Virus record (IMG/VR): IMGVR_UViG_3300048861_000089
Span: 1-25,474 of that record
DNA length: 25,474 bases
Origin: a virus
Lineage: Duplodnaviria > Caudoviricetes
Direction: 5' to 3' (one strand)
Shown: positions 23,845 through 25,474 of the stretch, one piece after another
How positions within the stretch are numbered: the stretch's first letter is position 1
How the letters are laid out: each line of letters starts with the position of its first letter
Position numbers and translations under genes: made by a program
The notes under the pieces: generated by a model
What the model saw: the letters and a program-made list of their open reading frames with translations, nothing else
Told to the model about the DNA's origin: nothing
Databases searched by the model: none

Positions 23845-24057
23845 ATGGCAAAGGAAGTGGAGTTCGACGTGAAGCGCGAGCATCTCGGCGACAAGCCCTA
23901 TAAGGCTGGCGACACGCGCACGATGCGCGAAGCCGATGCCGCCAATCTTGTCGGTCTCGGCGTGCTGGCACCCAAGGGCACGAAAGCGGAGCCCGCCCCC
24001 AAGAACAAGATGGAGCCCGCGCCCGCGAACAAGGCCGGCACCAAGGCGAAGGCCTGA
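23845..24057 (+). CDS. Small post-capsid protein (70 aa)
   Basis: GAGAGGA SD; YKAGD...A..LV..G.L motif and repeated EPAP(K/A)NK tail typical of genes following HK97-type capsids. Confidence 0.8.
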   Translation: MAKEVEFDVKREHLGDKPYKAGDTRTMREADAANLVGLGVLAPKGTKAEPAPKNKMEPAPANKAGTKAKA

Positions 24058-24060
24058 TCC

Positions 24061-24660
24061 ATGACGGACAACACGCCTCCAGCCGAGCCGCTGACGCTGC
24101 CGGAGGCGAAATATAATCTGCGGATCGACGATCCTGCCGATGCTGGCGCGATGCAGGCGCAGGACGCCTTTATAACGGGCCTGATCGTCACCGCTCGCGA
24201 AGTGGTCGAGGATCAGACCGAGCTAGTGCTCACGCCGCGCACGGTCATCGAAGCGCTGCCCAATCTGCGGTCGATCATGCCGCTAGCCGCGTGGCCGATC
24301 ACATCCGTCACCGAGATCAGCTATCTCGATCCTGACGGCGAACAGCAGACCATCGCCAATGACGGGTGGTACATCGCAGACGTGCGACGCCCCGCCAAGA
24401 TCATGATGAAGCGCTACGCGCTCTCGTATCATACGGGGCGCTGCACGCACGATTTGGCGCTGCCGGTCGCCGTGATAATGCAGGCAGGATACGCCACGCC
24501 GGATCTCGTGCCGTCGCGCGTGAAGCACGCAATGCAGTTGCTCATCGGCACCTGGTTCGTCAACCGTGAAGCGGATGTCGTCGGCCGATCGGTTGCTGCG
24601 GTCGAACTGCCTACGGGCGTCGAACGGTTGCTACGCGGCCTTGCGCTGGATTTGGTCTGA
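24061..24660 (+). CDS. Head-tail connector (gp6-like)
   Basis: EPLTLPEAKYNLRID, ITGLIVTAREVVE, VPSRVKHAMQLLIGTWFVNRE. Confidence 0.92.
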   Translation: MTDNTPPAEPLTLPEAKYNLRIDDPADAGAMQAQDAFITGLIVTAREVVEDQTELVLTPRTVIEALPNLRSIMPLAAWPITSVTEISYLDPDGEQQTIANDGWYIADVRRPAKIMMKRYALSYHTGRCTHDLALPVAVIMQAGYATPDLVPSRVKHAMQLLIGTWFVNREADVVGRSVAAVELPTGVERLLRGLALDLV

Positions 24661-25004
24661 TGGCGGTCGCCGCTGGTCGTCTCAAGCACCGCATCGAAGT
24701 GTGGCGGAAGCAGAAGGTGGAGGATGGCCTTGGTGGTCGGACTGTCGCTTGGGTGAAGTTCAGGACGTTATGGGCGGAGGTCATCGGCCAGAATGGCCGC
24801 GAAGCGCTTCTCTCGCAGGCTGTTCAGGGTATTCAGTTCTATCGCATCACCGTGCGTTTCGGTTGCGGCATCGTTGATACCGACCAGCTGCGTTATGATG
24901 GCGTCACGTTGAACGTGCGCTCGGTTTCCGATCAGGACGGCATCCGCGAAAGCGAGGTCATCCAGGCCGATACGGAATCTGTTGAGGCGCTGCCAGATGC
25001 CTAG
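24660..25004 (+). CDS. Head closure / head-tail adaptor protein
   Basis: AGRLKHRIEV, DGLGG...W, WAEV, GREAL, YRITVR. Confidence 0.92.
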   Translation: MAVAAGRLKHRIEVWRKQKVEDGLGGRTVAWVKFRTLWAEVIGQNGREALLSQAVQGIQFYRITVRFGCGIVDTDQLRYDGVTLNVRSVSDQDGIRESEVIQADTESVEALPDA

Positions 25005-25474
25005 CCCGATGCGCGGCATGCAGGAATTGCTCAGCCTGTTCGACACGCTGCCGAAGGCGACCGAAGCGGAGATCAAGGAAGACCTTCCCAAGATCGGTGC
25101 CGCAGTCCTCGCCGCGCAGAAGTCGGAGGTGCCGGTTCGCACCGGCGATCTGTGGCGTGGCCTGTCGACGCAGGTTCTCAACGGCGGGTGGAAGATCCGC
25201 ATCGGTCTGATGGGCATCACCAGCGGGCGCACGGGTAAGACCCTATACGGGCTGTATTACGGCCGGTTCATCGAGTTCGGCCGTCGCGGTCAGGTAGTGA
25301 GCGTCCAGCGTCGCCGTCGTGTGAAAGGCAGGCTCCGGTCGAGCCGGGGCCGCAAGCGGGCGGAGGATATCGTGGCGAGCTACCCGATGAAGGTTCGGGC
25401 CGAGGCCGCGCGACCCTTCGTGCAGAGCCCTGCGGCCGAGGCCGCGTTGCTCGACGCGGGCGAGAACCTCGCCG
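24997..25474 (+). CDS. HK97 gp10-family neck/tail protein (partial, runs off the window)
   Basis: MPSPMRGMQELL...VPVRTGDL...YYGRFIEFG...ARPFV; no stop before the window end. Confidence 0.85.
   Translation, partial: MPSPMRGMQELLSLFDTLPKATEAEIKEDLPKIGAAVLAAQKSEVPVRTGDLWRGLSTQVLNGGWKIRIGLMGITSGRTGKTLYGLYYGRFIEFGRRGQVVSVQRRRRVKGRLRSSRGRKRAEDIVASYPMKVRAEAARPFVQSPAAEAALLDAGENLA

Larger units (their letters stand above)
113..25474. mobile_element. Temperate prophage with an HK97-like head module; left end at tRNA-Gly, continues beyond the window
   Basis: Integrase abutting a tRNA, then immunity, replication, packaging and head modules in canonical order; exact att boundary cannot be set without the second att site. 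Confidence 0.95.

Noticed and set aside
17864-25474. Gene transfer agent interpretation of the head genes
   Set aside because: Integrase, repressor switch, replication genes and HNH/cos-type packaging indicate a genuine prophage

Overview
Left ~25 kb of a temperate, HK97-like prophage in a high-GC alphaproteobacterium (GapR and the gene content suggest a sphingomonad; this is an inference), inserted at tRNA-Gly(TCC) (83-156). From left to right it contains: (1) a leftward, translationally coupled early operon ending in a large serine integrase whose C-terminus is encoded antisense to the tRNA, and which also carries a C5 DNA methyltransferase, a GapR with an N-terminal extension, a DUF4326 protein and an (Ala-Tyr)8-repeat protein; (2) a lambda-like immunity switch with an S24 repressor, a Cro-like gene and five GTCAGC-N4-GCTGAC-type operators overlapping the putative PL, PRM and PR promoters; (3) a rightward early operon with a beta sliding clamp, SNF2-like helicase and amino-methyltransferase block bracketed by two paralogous winged-helix genes, then SSB and a primase-helicase followed by a highly structured putative origin; (4) a probable late regulator, HNH nuclease, putative cos region, terminase, portal, protease, capsid and neck genes, truncated at the window end. 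The most notable observations are the integrase/tRNA overlap, an RBS-masking hairpin that would discriminate PL transcripts from repressor read-through, and the wHTH-bracketed clamp/helicase/methyltransferase module. Family assignments come from motif recognition by eye; no searches were run.
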